From NCBI RefSeq assembly GCF_013004595.1, contig NZ_JABEMC010000007.1:1-64000 (forward strand): a stretch of DNA of 64,000 bases, read 5' to 3'. How positions within the stretch are numbered: the stretch's first letter is position 1; each line of letters opens with the position of its first letter. The notes under the pieces were generated by a model. It was not told the origin of the DNA and made no database searches. It was given only the letters and a program-made list of their open reading frames with translations. This DNA is from Brevibacterium luteolum (GTDB lineage: Bacteria > Actinomycetota > Actinomycetes > Actinomycetales > Brevibacteriaceae). This document shows positions 10,546 through 20,627 of the stretch, piece after piece. Position numbers and translations under genes: made by a program.

Positions 10546-10767
10546 TCAGATGATCGAGCGGTGGATCGACAGTGCCCGCAGCTGAGCGGCAAGGCGTTCG
10601 CGTTCCACCTGCTCGCTGGCGCTGCGTCGCAGGATCGCTGCGCGGTGCAGCTCGGCGTGGCTGGGGGCGCGACGGGATTTCGGCTTGCGACGAGCCCACC
10701 GCAGCACCGAGACGGCAGCGAAGATGGCCCACCGGCGGTGTATCGGATAAGCATGAGCAAATGACAT
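10546..10767 (-). CDS. Small basic hypothetical protein (73 aa)
   Basis: AAGGA RBS upstream. Short hydrophobic stretch (WAIFAAVSVLRW) followed by an Arg-rich helical tail. Confidence 0.55.
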   Translation of the reverse strand: MSFAHAYPIHRRWAIFAAVSVLRWARRKPKSRRAPSHAELHRAAILRRSASEQVERERLAAQLRALSIHRSII

Positions 10768-11019
10768 GAGAAAGTCCTTGGATGACCATTTCAGGCAGGA
10801 CGAATAGCCTGCCGTCGAAAACGGAAGTGATGAAAAGAAAGGGAGTCGGCGCGTTTCAGGAAGACAGCAGTGAATGGCAATTCATGGCATTCGATCACCT
10901 ATTGATCTGTGTTCTCAATGGTGACGAAGTCGATGAATGACAGATCTTCGACGATGCGTGCGGAACGGGTCCGGAGGTCGTCAGGAAGGGGGTGCTCGCT
11001 GTGTACCTGGCGCCGAGTT

Positions 11020-11112
11020 CTACGCGGAGAAGCGAGGCGGGACGCGGCGGCTGCCCGCCGGGTTGCCGAGATCGGCAGCTCCCGTGGCCGTGAACGTGGT
11101 GAAGATCATCAT
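11020..11112 (-). CDS. Putative 30-aa leader peptide/uORF MMIFTTFTATGAADLGNPAGSRRVPPRFSA
   Basis: Strong AAAGGAGG RBS 8 nt upstream of the ATG. Lies in a long intergenic region upstream of 10546-10767 and is below the ORF-track cutoff. Confidence 0.5.
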   Translation of the reverse strand: MMIFTTFTATGAADLGNPAGSRRVPPRFSA

Positions 11113-11486
11113 CGTGCCCGCCTCCTTTCAATTCATTCAGGCGATGTCATTAAGCGACAGCGAATGATGTGGAATCTGTCTGCCGGTCGCATCAGAATGA
11201 TGTCAAAGAGCATAAGAAGATTCTGCGACAACGGTAACACGGATCTCTGAGTTTGCACACCTGGATTCGAGATTTTTTGAATTACTCGCCCGTACCCGGT
11301 CCGGCGCGATTGAGCACGTGCGGTCACGGGCGGCGGAAGAAGCTGCCGTCTCTTCAGGTGAGAACACTCGTGGGGTTTACCGGAACTGCCGTACGGTGAT
11401 CGAACAGTGATGCGCATCACAGTGAGTGGCGAGTCAGGCGCGCGAATCGAATGAGCACGACAATGCGGTCGTGGGAAAGCAGCGGG

Positions 11487-13067
11487 ATGTTCGACATCAG
11501 GATTGTAGGCGGCATAGTTGTCGACGGCACCGGAGTGCCGGCCGAACCCGGTGATCTGGGCATCACAGATGGAAAGATCACCGCCGTGGCTGCGCCTGGC
11601 GCCATCCCCGCAGAAAGTGCGGCCGAGACGGTGGATGCCTCCGGCCGGATCGTGACTCCTGGTTTCATCGATCTGCACAATCACGCGGACTTCACGATCC
11701 ACGGCTGCCCGGAAGCGCCTTCGCAGATCAGTCAAGGAGTGACGACGCTGCTGCTGGGCAACTGCGGATCGTCCCCATTCCCAGCGCCCAGCCTCGATGA
11801 GGTGCGGCACACATGGGGCCATCTCAGCCCGGTCTTCATGACCGAGGCCACGGATGCGGCAGGCTTTCTCGCGGCCACGGCTGCGCTTCCCCTCGAAATC
11901 AATGCTGCCTTCCAGGTCGGTTTCTCAGCTCTGCGCCGCATGGCCATGGGCAACGCCTCTCGACCCGCTGCCGCCGAGGAGAGGCAGCACATGATCCGCG
12001 GCGTCCGCGCTGCCGCTGAGGCTGGAGTCCGCGGATTCTCCACCGGTCTCATCTACGCGCCGGGTGCCTATGCGCAGCCTGACGAAGTGGCCGAAGTCGT
12101 CGCAGCTGCCGCCGAATGTGACCTGTTGTACTCCACCCATATGCGCGATGAGGCCGACCATGTGCTTGCGTCGGTCCGCGAATCGATCGACGCCGTGGCA
12201 AGCACCGCAGGGCGCCTGCAGATCTCCCATCTCAAAGCGACCGACCGCCACAACTACGGCCTCGTCTCTGACGCGCTGACCCTCATCGAGCAGGCACACG
12301 CTCGCGGCATCGACGTGACCGCTGACGTCTACCCGTACACTGCCTCAAGTACGACGCTGACCTCTCTCCTGCCGGGCTGGTCCCTCGAGGACGGACGCAA
12401 TGGCCTGCCGAGCCGGCTTGCCGACGCGGATCAGCGAGACCGCATTCGCACAGCCCTGGCAGACACCATCGACGGGCGTTCCGGGGCTGAGGCCGTCGTC
12501 ATAGCCGCCGTCAGCCCGGACGGCCCCGGAGGGTACGAGTGGGCCGTCGGACAGAGCCTGGCCGAGATCGGCGAGCGGGACGGCTGCACTCCGGCCGAAG
12601 CCGCGCTGCGCATGCTCGCCGCTCACGCCGGAGCTGTCGGCATCATCCACCATTCGATGTCCGAAGACGACATCCGGGCCGCTCTCGCCCACCCGCTGGT
12701 CGCCGTCGCCTCTGACGGTCACCAGCTTGCCGCAGAAGGGCCCGGCCGACCCCATCCGCGCAGCTTCGGCACATTCACGCGGGTTCTCGGTCACTATGTG
12801 CGCGACGTCGGTCTGCTCAGCATCGAAGAGGCAGTGCGCAAGATGACGTCCCTGCCCGCCTCTCGGATGAAGCTCGACGACCGCGGAGTCCTTGCACAGG
12901 GAATGGCGGCCGACATCGCGGTCATCGACCTCAACGCCGTCGCTGATCGATCAACCTACGATGACCCGTGGCAGCTCTCCGCTGGCGTCGACGACGTCAT
13001 CGTCGGCGGCGCGTTCGCTTCCCGGAACGGCCGACTCGTGCGCGGTCACGGCGGACGCGTCCTGTGA
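11487..13067 (+). CDS. N-acyl-D-amino-acid deacylase family amidohydrolase (D-aminoacylase)
   Basis: Motifs PGFIDLHNHAD, QGVTT..GNCG, THMRDE, ISHLK, DVYPY, SDG, PHPRSFGTF, KMTSLPA. Confidence 0.9.
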   Translation: MFDIRIVGGIVVDGTGVPAEPGDLGITDGKITAVAAPGAIPAESAAETVDASGRIVTPGFIDLHNHADFTIHGCPEAPSQISQGVTTLLLGNCGSSPFPAPSLDEVRHTWGHLSPVFMTEATDAAGFLAATAALPLEINAAFQVGFSALRRMAMGNASRPAAAEERQHMIRGVRAAAEAGVRGFSTGLIYAPGAYAQPDEVAEVVAAAAECDLLYSTHMRDEADHVLASVRESIDAVASTAGRLQISHLKATDRHNYGLVSDALTLIEQAHARGIDVTADVYPYTASSTTLTSLLPGWSLEDGRNGLPSRLADADQRDRIRTALADTIDGRSGAEAVVIAAVSPDGPGGYEWAVGQSLAEIGERDGCTPAEAALRMLAAHAGAVGIIHHSMSEDDIRAALAHPLVAVASDGHQLAAEGPGRPHPRSFGTFTRVLGHYVRDVGLLSIEEAVRKMTSLPASRMKLDDRGVLAQGMAADIAVIDLNAVADRSTYDDPWQLSAGVDDVIVGGAFASRNGRLVRGHGGRVL

Positions 13068-13167
13068 TCACGAGAAGACAACGAATCTGCGTGTCGGTTG
13101 CCCCGCCTGCACCGCTGATGCCAGTATGTGAGCTACGTCACTCGAATGTTCCCCTTGGAGTTGCGAC

Positions 13168-14112
13168 ATGCTGAGCTATATCGTCAAGCGCATCCTCGCA
13201 CTCATCCCTGTGCTTGCCGTCGTCGCGATCGTCGTCTTCTCCCTCGTCCACCTCACCCCCGGTGACCCGGCCTCGGTGATGCTCGGGCCCAACGCCACCT
13301 CCGACCAGGTTGAGGCGCTGCGCTCCGAGATGGGGCTCGACCGACCGCTCGTCGTCCAGTTCTTCGCGTGGCTCGGCGGCGCGCTGACCGGTGACCTCGG
13401 GTACTCCCACTTCATGGGAGCGGCCGTGACATCAGTCCTGATGGACCACCTGGGACCGACGCTGTCACTGGCGATCCTCGCCGAGGTCGTTGCGCTCATC
13501 ATCGCGATTCCCGCCGGCATCATCGCCGCCCGCCGACGCGGCTCGGCTGTCGACCAGGGCTTCATGGCCTTCTCACTGCTCGGCATCTCCGTGCCCAGCT
13601 TCCTGCTCGGTCTGTTCCTCATGCTGATCTTCGCCGGCTGGCTCGGCTGGCTGCCGGTCGCCGGCTACCGCGGCCTGGAGGAAGGCCTCGGCACCCATCT
13701 GCGCTATCTCATCCTCCCGGCGCTGGCCCTCGGCGCAATGCAGGCCGCACTGACCGCCCGCATGACCCGCTCGTCGATGCTCGACGTGTTCCGTGCCGGA
13801 TATATGAAGACCGCTCTGGCAAAAGGCGTGTCCGAACGCAGCCGCGTGTACAAGCACGGGCTGAAGAACGCCTCGTTCCCCATCCTCACCGTCGTCGGCC
13901 AGTCGATCGGCACCCTCATCGCCGGCGCCGCCGTCATCGAAACCGTCTTCAACATCCCAGGCATCGGGCAGCTCATCGTCAATTCGGTCGAACGCCGCGA
14001 CTTCATGGTCATCCAGGGTGTCGTGCTCATGATCACCGTGTCCTACATGCTCATCAACCTGCTCGTAGACATCCTCTACGGCTTCCTCGACCCACGGGTG
14101 CGACTGTCATGA
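13168..14112 (+). CDS. Peptide/nickel ABC transporter permease (DppB/OppB-like)
   Basis: TPGDPA, GLDRPL, YMKTALAKG, ETVFNIPGIG, LDPRVR; multiple TM segments. Confidence 0.93.
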   Translation: MLSYIVKRILALIPVLAVVAIVVFSLVHLTPGDPASVMLGPNATSDQVEALRSEMGLDRPLVVQFFAWLGGALTGDLGYSHFMGAAVTSVLMDHLGPTLSLAILAEVVALIIAIPAGIIAARRRGSAVDQGFMAFSLLGISVPSFLLGLFLMLIFAGWLGWLPVAGYRGLEEGLGTHLRYLILPALALGAMQAALTARMTRSSMLDVFRAGYMKTALAKGVSERSRVYKHGLKNASFPILTVVGQSIGTLIAGAAVIETVFNIPGIGQLIVNSVERRDFMVIQGVVLMITVSYMLINLLVDILYGFLDPRVRLS

Positions 14113-15107
14113 CGAAACCAGCCCACACCACACCACAGCGCCCCGAGCCCGAGGCGGGCCTCACCGGTGAGACCACCGGCGCCTCGGGACCGGCAGGAGC
14201 ACCCGCCGCCGCCCAGCCCGGATCGACCGTCGGACTCGAGCGCCTCAGCATGCGACAGCTGATCTTCCGGAGGGTGACGAGCAACGGCCTCATCATGACC
14301 GGCGGCATCATCGTCATCATCATCGTGCTCCTGACGACGTTCGGCCCCATGGTCATCTCCCGCGGGCCCCTTGAGCTCAACATCCAGGACCGGCTGCAGG
14401 GCCCCAGCGGCGACTACCTGCTCGGCACCGACAACTACGGCCGCGACCTGCTCTCGCGAGTGCTGCACGGGGCACGGGTATCGCTGTTCGTCGGCTTCGC
14501 CGTCGCGATCCTCTCCACCGTCATCGGCTACATCATCGGCATGTACTCGGCCTACTTCCGGTGGGCCGACGCGATCCTCATGCGGATCTGCGATGGCTTC
14601 ATGGCCTTCCCCGCCATCCTGCTGGCCATCGCGCTCATGGCTGTGCTGGGAGCCAAGACCTCGAACGTCGTCATCGCGCTCACCGTCGTGTTCACGCCCT
14701 ATGTCGCGCGCGTCGTGCGCTCCTCGGCCCTGGTGGTCAAGGAGCAGACCTTCGTCGAAGCACTGCGCGCGCAGGGCGCCTCATCGAACCGCATCATCTG
14801 GCTCAACATGGCGCCCAACGTCGTCTCCCCGGCGATCATCCAGGCGACCTTCATCTTCGCCGACTCGATCATCACCGAGGCCGCACTGTCCTTCCTCGGC
14901 GCCGGCGTGCCGCCGCCCGCGCCGTCCTGGGGCAACATCCTGCTCGACGGCAAGACCCTGATCTTCAACAACCCGTGGATGACGATCGTGCCCGGTGCAG
15001 CCATCATCCTCACCGTGCTCGGCATCAACCTCCTCGGCGACGGCCTGCGCGACCTCTTCGACCCGCACACAGGCAAAGCCGTGCGGAAAGGCGGTGGACG
15101 GAAATGA
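14109..15107 (+). CDS. Peptide ABC transporter permease (DppC/OppC-like)
   Basis: LLGTDNYGRDLLSR, EAALSFLGAG, PSWG, GDGLRD. ATGA overlap with the upstream gene. Confidence 0.93.
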   Translation: MTKPAHTTPQRPEPEAGLTGETTGASGPAGAPAAAQPGSTVGLERLSMRQLIFRRVTSNGLIMTGGIIVIIIVLLTTFGPMVISRGPLELNIQDRLQGPSGDYLLGTDNYGRDLLSRVLHGARVSLFVGFAVAILSTVIGYIIGMYSAYFRWADAILMRICDGFMAFPAILLAIALMAVLGAKTSNVVIALTVVFTPYVARVVRSSALVVKEQTFVEALRAQGASSNRIIWLNMAPNVVSPAIIQATFIFADSIITEAALSFLGAGVPPPAPSWGNILLDGKTLIFNNPWMTIVPGAAIILTVLGINLLGDGLRDLFDPHTGKAVRKGGGRK

Positions 15108-16210
15108 CGACGACAGTCGAGCCGGGCGGCGCCCACGGCGCCACCGGTCCCGAGGCGCCGGCCCGGGTGATCACAGTCAGCGGGCTGACGACACGGCTGG
15201 CGACCGAGCAGGGCGATGTCACCGCTGTCGAAGACATCGACTTCCACGTCGACGCCGGGGAAGTGCTCGGAATCGTCGGCGAGTCGGGCTGCGGGAAGTC
15301 CGTGACCGCGGAGTCCGTTATGCGGCTGCTCGATGAGAAGACGGCTGCCTACTCCGGCACCGTCGAATTCGACGGAACGGACCTCCTGTCAGTCAGCGAG
15401 GCCCGGATGCGTCAGTATCGCGGCGGCCGCATCGCGATGATCTTCCAGGATCCGATGAGCTCGCTCAACCCGGTGTTCACCGTCGGTCAGCAGCTCATCG
15501 AGACGATCCTCATCCACCAGCCGATGTCGAAGGAGGCTGCGAAGCAGCATGCCATCGATGCGCTGGAGCAGACCGGCATCGCCGACCCGCACGCGCGCAT
15601 CGACGACTACCCGCACCAGCTCTCCGGAGGCATGCGCCAGCGCGTCATGATCGCCATGGCGCTCATCTGCGAACCGGCCCTGCTCATCGCCGACGAACCG
15701 ACGACGGCCCTCGACGTCACCACCCAGGCCCAGATCCTGCGGCTCATCGACGATCTGCGCCGGGCACACGACATGGCCACCATCCTCATCACCCACGACC
15801 TCGGAGTCGTGGCAGAGGTCTGCGACCGGGTGATGGTGATGTATCTCGGTGAGGCTGTCGAGGCCGGGCCGGTGCGCGACATCCTCGACAACCCCCAGCA
15901 CCCCTATACGCGCGGGCTGCTGGCCTCCACCCCGGGAGTGGACACCGACCGCACGCATCCGCTGCCGACCATTCCCGGACGTGTGCCGACTCTCTACGAT
16001 GTGCCAGCCGGGTGCCGGTTCGCCGCTCGGTGCCCCTTCGCGGAGGACGCCTGCCGCGAGAACCGCCAGCAGCTGATGGAGATCGCGCCGGGCCGGTCGG
16101 TGCGCTGTTGGAAGGCAGTCGATGGTCTCATCGACGCCGAGGCGGAAGTGCCGCACGATGCTGCTGAACCGTCAAGGGCAGGCCGCGGGGCTCAAGGAGG
16201 CGAACGATGA
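15104..16210 (+). CDS. Peptide ABC transporter ATP-binding protein (DppD/OppD-like)
   Basis: [31 protein letters not shown] and a C-terminal Cys motif. Start at the ATGA overlap (15104). Confidence 0.93.
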   Translation: MTTTVEPGGAHGATGPEAPARVITVSGLTTRLATEQGDVTAVEDIDFHVDAGEVLGIVGESGCGKSVTAESVMRLLDEKTAAYSGTVEFDGTDLLSVSEARMRQYRGGRIAMIFQDPMSSLNPVFTVGQQLIETILIHQPMSKEAAKQHAIDALEQTGIADPHARIDDYPHQLSGGMRQRVMIAMALICEPALLIADEPTTALDVTTQAQILRLIDDLRRAHDMATILITHDLGVVAEVCDRVMVMYLGEAVEAGPVRDILDNPQHPYTRGLLASTPGVDTDRTHPLPTIPGRVPTLYDVPAGCRFAARCPFAEDACRENRQQLMEIAPGRSVRCWKAVDGLIDAEAEVPHDAAEPSRAGRGAQGGER

Positions 16211-17064
16211 CCGAGAACGCGGCTGTGCTCGAGGCTCAGCAGCTGACGAAGACGTTCACGCTGCGCAATGCGATCGGCTTCCGAACGTCAGAGGTCCACG
16301 CCGTCGACGGTGTCAGCTTCTCCATTCAGCCTGGAGAGACGTACGGTCTCGTCGGCGAATCAGGTTGCGGCAAGTCCACAACGGGCCGGATGCTGCAGGC
16401 CCTCATCGAACCGACCTCGGGGAACATCCTGTTCCACGGTCAGCCGATCAGCGAATGCAACCGCGCCGAACAGCAGACCTACCGCTCGAAGGTCCAGATG
16501 ATCTTCCAGGATCCGAACTCGTCGCTCAACCCGCGCAAGCGCATCGGCTCGATCCTCAACGAGACTCTCGTCATCCAGGGGATCCGCGATCGAGGGGAGC
16601 GGAACAAACGCATCGTCGCGGCGATTGAGGAAGTCGGATTCGGTGAAGAGCATCTGGTGCGCTATCCCCACGAGTTCTCCGGCGGTCAGCGTCAGCGCAT
16701 CGGCATCGCGCGTGCGCTGGTGACGCACCCGGAGGTGATCTTGTGCGATGAGGCCGTCTCGGCTCTCGACGTCTCGATCCAGGCACAGATCCTCAATCTG
16801 CTCAATCGCATCCAAGACGAGCACGGTCTCAGCTATCTGTTCATCTCACACGACCTGTCTGTCGTCCGCTACATCGCTGATCGGATCGGAGTGATGTGCA
16901 AGGGCAGACTCGTCGAAGAAGCCCCGGTCGATGAGCTCTTCGCACACCCGAAGGACGACTATACGAAGAAGCTGCTCGACTCGATTCCACACGCCCACCC
17001 ACGTGCGACAGCGGCGGTCTCAACCACCTCGGGCGCCACTGCAGGGGAAGGAGGAGCGCTATGA
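16207..17064 (+). CDS. Peptide ABC transporter ATP-binding protein (DppF/OppF-like)
   Basis: [30 protein letters not shown]. Confidence 0.93.
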   Translation: MTENAAVLEAQQLTKTFTLRNAIGFRTSEVHAVDGVSFSIQPGETYGLVGESGCGKSTTGRMLQALIEPTSGNILFHGQPISECNRAEQQTYRSKVQMIFQDPNSSLNPRKRIGSILNETLVIQGIRDRGERNKRIVAAIEEVGFGEEHLVRYPHEFSGGQRQRIGIARALVTHPEVILCDEAVSALDVSIQAQILNLLNRIQDEHGLSYLFISHDLSVVRYIADRIGVMCKGRLVEEAPVDELFAHPKDDYTKKLLDSIPHAHPRATAAVSTTSGATAGEGGAL

Positions 17065-18617
17065 GCACGCACCGACCACGCCTGCTGCGCGTTCTGGCCA
17101 TCGCTGCCACTGCGGCTGTGCTGGCTGTCAGCGGTTGCGGAGCCAAAGCGAGTGACCCGACCTCGGAGTTCCATTATGCGCTCAATGCCCAGCCGCCGCT
17201 GCTCGACCCGCTTCTGAGCACTGCAACGGCCACCGCAGAAGTGGCCCGCCTGATGTTCGAGCCGCTGCTGACGCAGGATGCCGACTTCCAGGTGCAGCCG
17301 CACATCGCCGAATCCTGGGAGGAATCCGACGACGGGAAGACCACCACCTTCACCATTCGTGAAGGGCTGACCTTCCACAGCGGCGCTCCGGTGACAGCCG
17401 AGGACGTCGAAGCCAGCCTCGACCGGTGGATGGAGATCTCAGGGGTCGGCCAGCAGTTCTTCGCAGGAGCCGACGTCGAAGTCGTCGGAGACCGCGAAGT
17501 CGCCGTGCACACACCCGAGAAGATGTACACCCTGCTGTACTTCCTGTCCGACCCGGGCCAGATGACCGCGATCATGCCGAAGAAGGTCATCGACGAAACA
17601 CCGGCAGAAGGCCTGACCGAGTTCGTCGGAACAGGGCCATTCGTGTTCGACACGTGGCGGACGGACCAGTACATCCAGCTGCACAGATTCGAGGACTATC
17701 AGTCCCCAGAAGGCGAGCCGAGCGGACTTGCGGGGCATCGAGAGGCGAAATCCGACACGCTCATCATCGATCTCGTGACTGACTCCTCCACCCGGCTGGC
17801 CGGTCTGCAGACCGGCGAATATGACGCGGCAGCCGGCATCCCATTCGACAACTCCGGACTGCTCGAGAAGGACACGACCCTGCAGTCCATCGTCGGAGAG
17901 AACGGCTTCAACGGTGTCGCCTTCAACAAGAAGGCCGGCATCATGGCCGACAACACTATGCGCAACGCCGTGGCAGCTGCGCTCGACCACGAGGACATCC
18001 AGCTCGCGGCATTCGCCGCCGACGAGTTCTACGACGTCAACGGAGCTATCAGCCTGCCCGGACAGCAGTTCTACACCGAAGCGGGTCTCGAGCTCTTCAA
18101 CCAGCAGGACCCAGACCTGGCGAAGCAGCTGATGGAGGAGGCCGGTTACAACGGCGAACCGGTTCGCATCCTCACATCGCGCGAGTACGAAGACCACTAC
18201 AATTCCGCGGTCGTCGTCGAGGAGAATCTCAAAAAGGCGGGCTTCAACACGCAGATGGTCGTCGTCGACTGGGCGACCCTGCTGAGCATGCGCGCTGATG
18301 AGAACGCCTTCGAACTGTTCACCACCGGGTGGTCGGTCAACGCCGTGCCGGTCACGCAGGTGTTCCTGCTCGGGTCGTGGCCCGGCTGGACAGACGATGA
18401 TGAGCTGAGCCAAGCCATGAATGAGCTGACCTTCGCCGCTGACGACGAGGCGGCGGCTGAAGCCAACGATCGACTCCAGACCCGAGTCTACGAATACCGG
18501 CCGATCATCAAATACGGCAACAAGCGCACGATCGTCGGCGCCTCGGTCGATGCCGAAGGAGTGCAGTTCGTCCCCGGTGCCGGCATCGTGCTCTGGAACG
18601 CCCATATGACGAAATGA
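17061..18617 (+). CDS. ABC transporter substrate-binding lipoprotein (family 5)
   Basis: Lipobox LAVSGC; FTIREGLTFHSG, VTAEDV, GTGPF. Confidence 0.92.
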   Translation: MSTHRPRLLRVLAIAATAAVLAVSGCGAKASDPTSEFHYALNAQPPLLDPLLSTATATAEVARLMFEPLLTQDADFQVQPHIAESWEESDDGKTTTFTIREGLTFHSGAPVTAEDVEASLDRWMEISGVGQQFFAGADVEVVGDREVAVHTPEKMYTLLYFLSDPGQMTAIMPKKVIDETPAEGLTEFVGTGPFVFDTWRTDQYIQLHRFEDYQSPEGEPSGLAGHREAKSDTLIIDLVTDSSTRLAGLQTGEYDAAAGIPFDNSGLLEKDTTLQSIVGENGFNGVAFNKKAGIMADNTMRNAVAAALDHEDIQLAAFAADEFYDVNGAISLPGQQFYTEAGLELFNQQDPDLAKQLMEEAGYNGEPVRILTSREYEDHYNSAVVVEENLKKAGFNTQMVVVDWATLLSMRADENAFELFTTGWSVNAVPVTQVFLLGSWPGWTDDDELSQAMNELTFAADDEAAAEANDRLQTRVYEYRPIIKYGNKRTIVGASVDAEGVQFVPGAGIVLWNAHMTK

Positions 18618-18649
18618 TCTGACGCGCCGGTGGACGCCGGCGCGTCAGA
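18618..18649 (+). terminator. 13-bp hairpin after the SBP gene (mRNA stabiliser or partial terminator)
   Basis: TCTGACGCGCCGG-TGGACG-CCGGCGCGTCAGA. Confidence 0.6.
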
Positions 18650-18670
18650 CAGAGGAGGAATGGACAGGGA

Positions 18671-20266
18671 ATGGCGCAGTCGACCGTGCTCAGCGGAGCC
18701 ACCGTCTACGACGGCACAGGATCTGCTGGTCAGCCGTTGGACCTGCTCATCACCGGAGACAGGATCGCTGCGATCTCACCGCCCGGGCGCTTCCGGGGAA
18801 TGACGCACTCTGCTCGCACGATCGACGTCACAGGGCTGAGCATTGCGCCGGGATTCATCGATGTGCACAGCCATTCCGACAGCTCTCCGCTCATCGACCT
18901 GGACGACACCTCGAAGATCCTCCAGGGGGTCACCACCGAGGTCAACGGCAACTGCGGTTTCGGGCTCGCCCCGATCAACCCGGCGTTCGCCGACGACTTC
19001 ACCACCCTGGCCCTCCGCATCTTCCCGCCGCTCGACTTCGACTGGCGGAGTCTCGACGAACTGCACGAGCGCGCTGCGGCAACGGGCTTCATCACCAACT
19101 TCGCCTTCCTCGCTGGGCACAACACGCTGCGTGTCGCCGCCATGGGATCCGACGAGCGCGCACCGACTCCAGCTGAGATGACGGTGATGAAAGACCAGCT
19201 CTATCGCGCGCTCGAAAGCGGCGCCGCCGGGCTCACCACAGGGCTCATCTATCCACCGGGAATCTTCAGCACAACCGAGGAGATCACCGAGCTCGCCTCC
19301 ATCATGCCGGCGACAGCCGTGTATGCCAGCCATATGCGCAACGAATCGTCACGCGTCCGCGAGAGCATCGAGGAAACGGTGAGCGTCGCCTCGCACGCCG
19401 GTGTGCGCTGTCACGTCTCCCACCTCAAGGTTGCGGGCCGACACCTGTGGGGGCAGATGGGCGAGATCATCGAGACACTCGACAGCCATCGCGCCACCGG
19501 ACTCAGCGTCACCCACGATGTCTACCCCTACACGGCCTCCTCGACGATGCTGACAGCTGTGCTCCCTCCTTGGGCCCACGACGGAGGAGCTCCGGCGCTG
19601 CTGCAGCGACTTGCCTCACCGAGTGAGCGTGCCCGGATGGCGCAGGACATCGCTGAACCGTCCGGGAGCTTCGAAAGCCATGTGCGCTCGACGGGCTGGG
19701 AGAACATCGTCATCGCCAGCACCGCCAGCCACCGATACGAAGGGCTGTCGTTAGCCGCGCTCGGAGCCCAGCACGACAGACATCCACTCGATGCCGTCGC
19801 CGACCTGCTCATCGACGAACAGCTCAAAGCGACGATGATCATCCACGGTATCGGTGAGGAAGACGTGCAGACTGCGCTGCGCAGCCCCTACACCGCGATC
19901 GGCTCCGACGGCCTGCCGGTGGGAACAGGCGGCAAACCGCATCCGCGAGGCTATGGAACCTTCGCACGCATGCTCGATGTCTACGTGCGCCGCGAGAAGC
20001 TGATGGGCATCGAGGAGGCGATCCGGCGGATGACCTCGCTGGCCGCAGACATCTTCTCTCTGCCTGACCGCGGCCGCATCGCAGCAGGCAGCAGTGCCGA
20101 CCTCGTCATCTTCGACGCCGAGGGCCTCAACGACCATGCGACCTTCGATGACCCGATGCGCTCACCGTCGGGAATTCACGCTGTGTGGGTCGGAGGCGAA
20201 CAGGTGGTGAAGGACGGCGCTTACCTCGGTCGGCGAAATGGCACTCTGCTCAGCGCCCGCCACTGA
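18671..20266 (+). CDS. Second N-acyl-D-amino-acid deacylase family amidohydrolase
   Basis: PGFIDVHSHSD, QGVTTEVNGNCG, SHMRNE, VSHLK, DVYPY, GSDG, PHPRGYGTF. GAGGAGG upstream. Confidence 0.9.
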   Translation: MAQSTVLSGATVYDGTGSAGQPLDLLITGDRIAAISPPGRFRGMTHSARTIDVTGLSIAPGFIDVHSHSDSSPLIDLDDTSKILQGVTTEVNGNCGFGLAPINPAFADDFTTLALRIFPPLDFDWRSLDELHERAAATGFITNFAFLAGHNTLRVAAMGSDERAPTPAEMTVMKDQLYRALESGAAGLTTGLIYPPGIFSTTEEITELASIMPATAVYASHMRNESSRVRESIEETVSVASHAGVRCHVSHLKVAGRHLWGQMGEIIETLDSHRATGLSVTHDVYPYTASSTMLTAVLPPWAHDGGAPALLQRLASPSERARMAQDIAEPSGSFESHVRSTGWENIVIASTASHRYEGLSLAALGAQHDRHPLDAVADLLIDEQLKATMIIHGIGEEDVQTALRSPYTAIGSDGLPVGTGGKPHPRGYGTFARMLDVYVRREKLMGIEEAIRRMTSLAADIFSLPDRGRIAAGSSADLVIFDAEGLNDHATFDDPMRSPSGIHAVWVGGEQVVKDGAYLGRRNGTLLSARH

Positions 20267-20282
20267 AATGGAGAATACCGGT

Positions 20283-20358
20283 TGATCTTAGAATCCAGAT
20301 CAACACCATCTGATCTGGATTTCTTGATCATGCTGGTATGATCTGATTTATCCGATCA
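20283..20358. promoter_or_regulatory. Three phased palindromic operators TGATC-N10-GATCA (HipB-type autoregulation)
   Basis: Copies at 20283-20302, 20311-20330 and 20339-20358, exactly 28 bp apart, directly upstream of the XRE gene. Confidence 0.85.
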
Positions 20359-20384
20359 ATTCGGTGCGACAGTCGGAGGTGCCC

Positions 20385-20627
20385 ATGGACCGCTGGTCGA
20401 GGATCATCGCCCCAGAGGACCTGGGGGAGACGATCCAAGCTGCGCGGATGGACAGAGGTTGGTCCCAGCGGGACCTCGCACGGATCTCAGGGATCGCGCA
20501 GAGCGCCATCTCCGACATGGAATCCGGCAAGCACACTCTCTACGCCGAACGGCTGTTCGCCCTGCTTGAGGAGTGCGGCGTCACCCTGCGTGCAGAATGG
20601 ACGACCGACGATGCGCCTGGCAGTTGA
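20385..20627 (+). CDS. hipB: HipB-like XRE-family HTH antitoxin
   Basis: LGETIQAARMDRGWSQRDLARISGIAQSAISDMESG HTH; GGAGG RBS; overlaps hipA. Confidence 0.85.
   Translation: MDRWSRIIAPEDLGETIQAARMDRGWSQRDLARISGIAQSAISDMESGKHTLYAERLFALLEECGVTLRAEWTTDDAPGS

Noticed and set aside
20283..20358. Periodic repeats as a mini-CRISPR
   Set aside because: The units are 20-bp palindromes with 8-bp gaps, there are no cas genes, and the position fits hipB operators.
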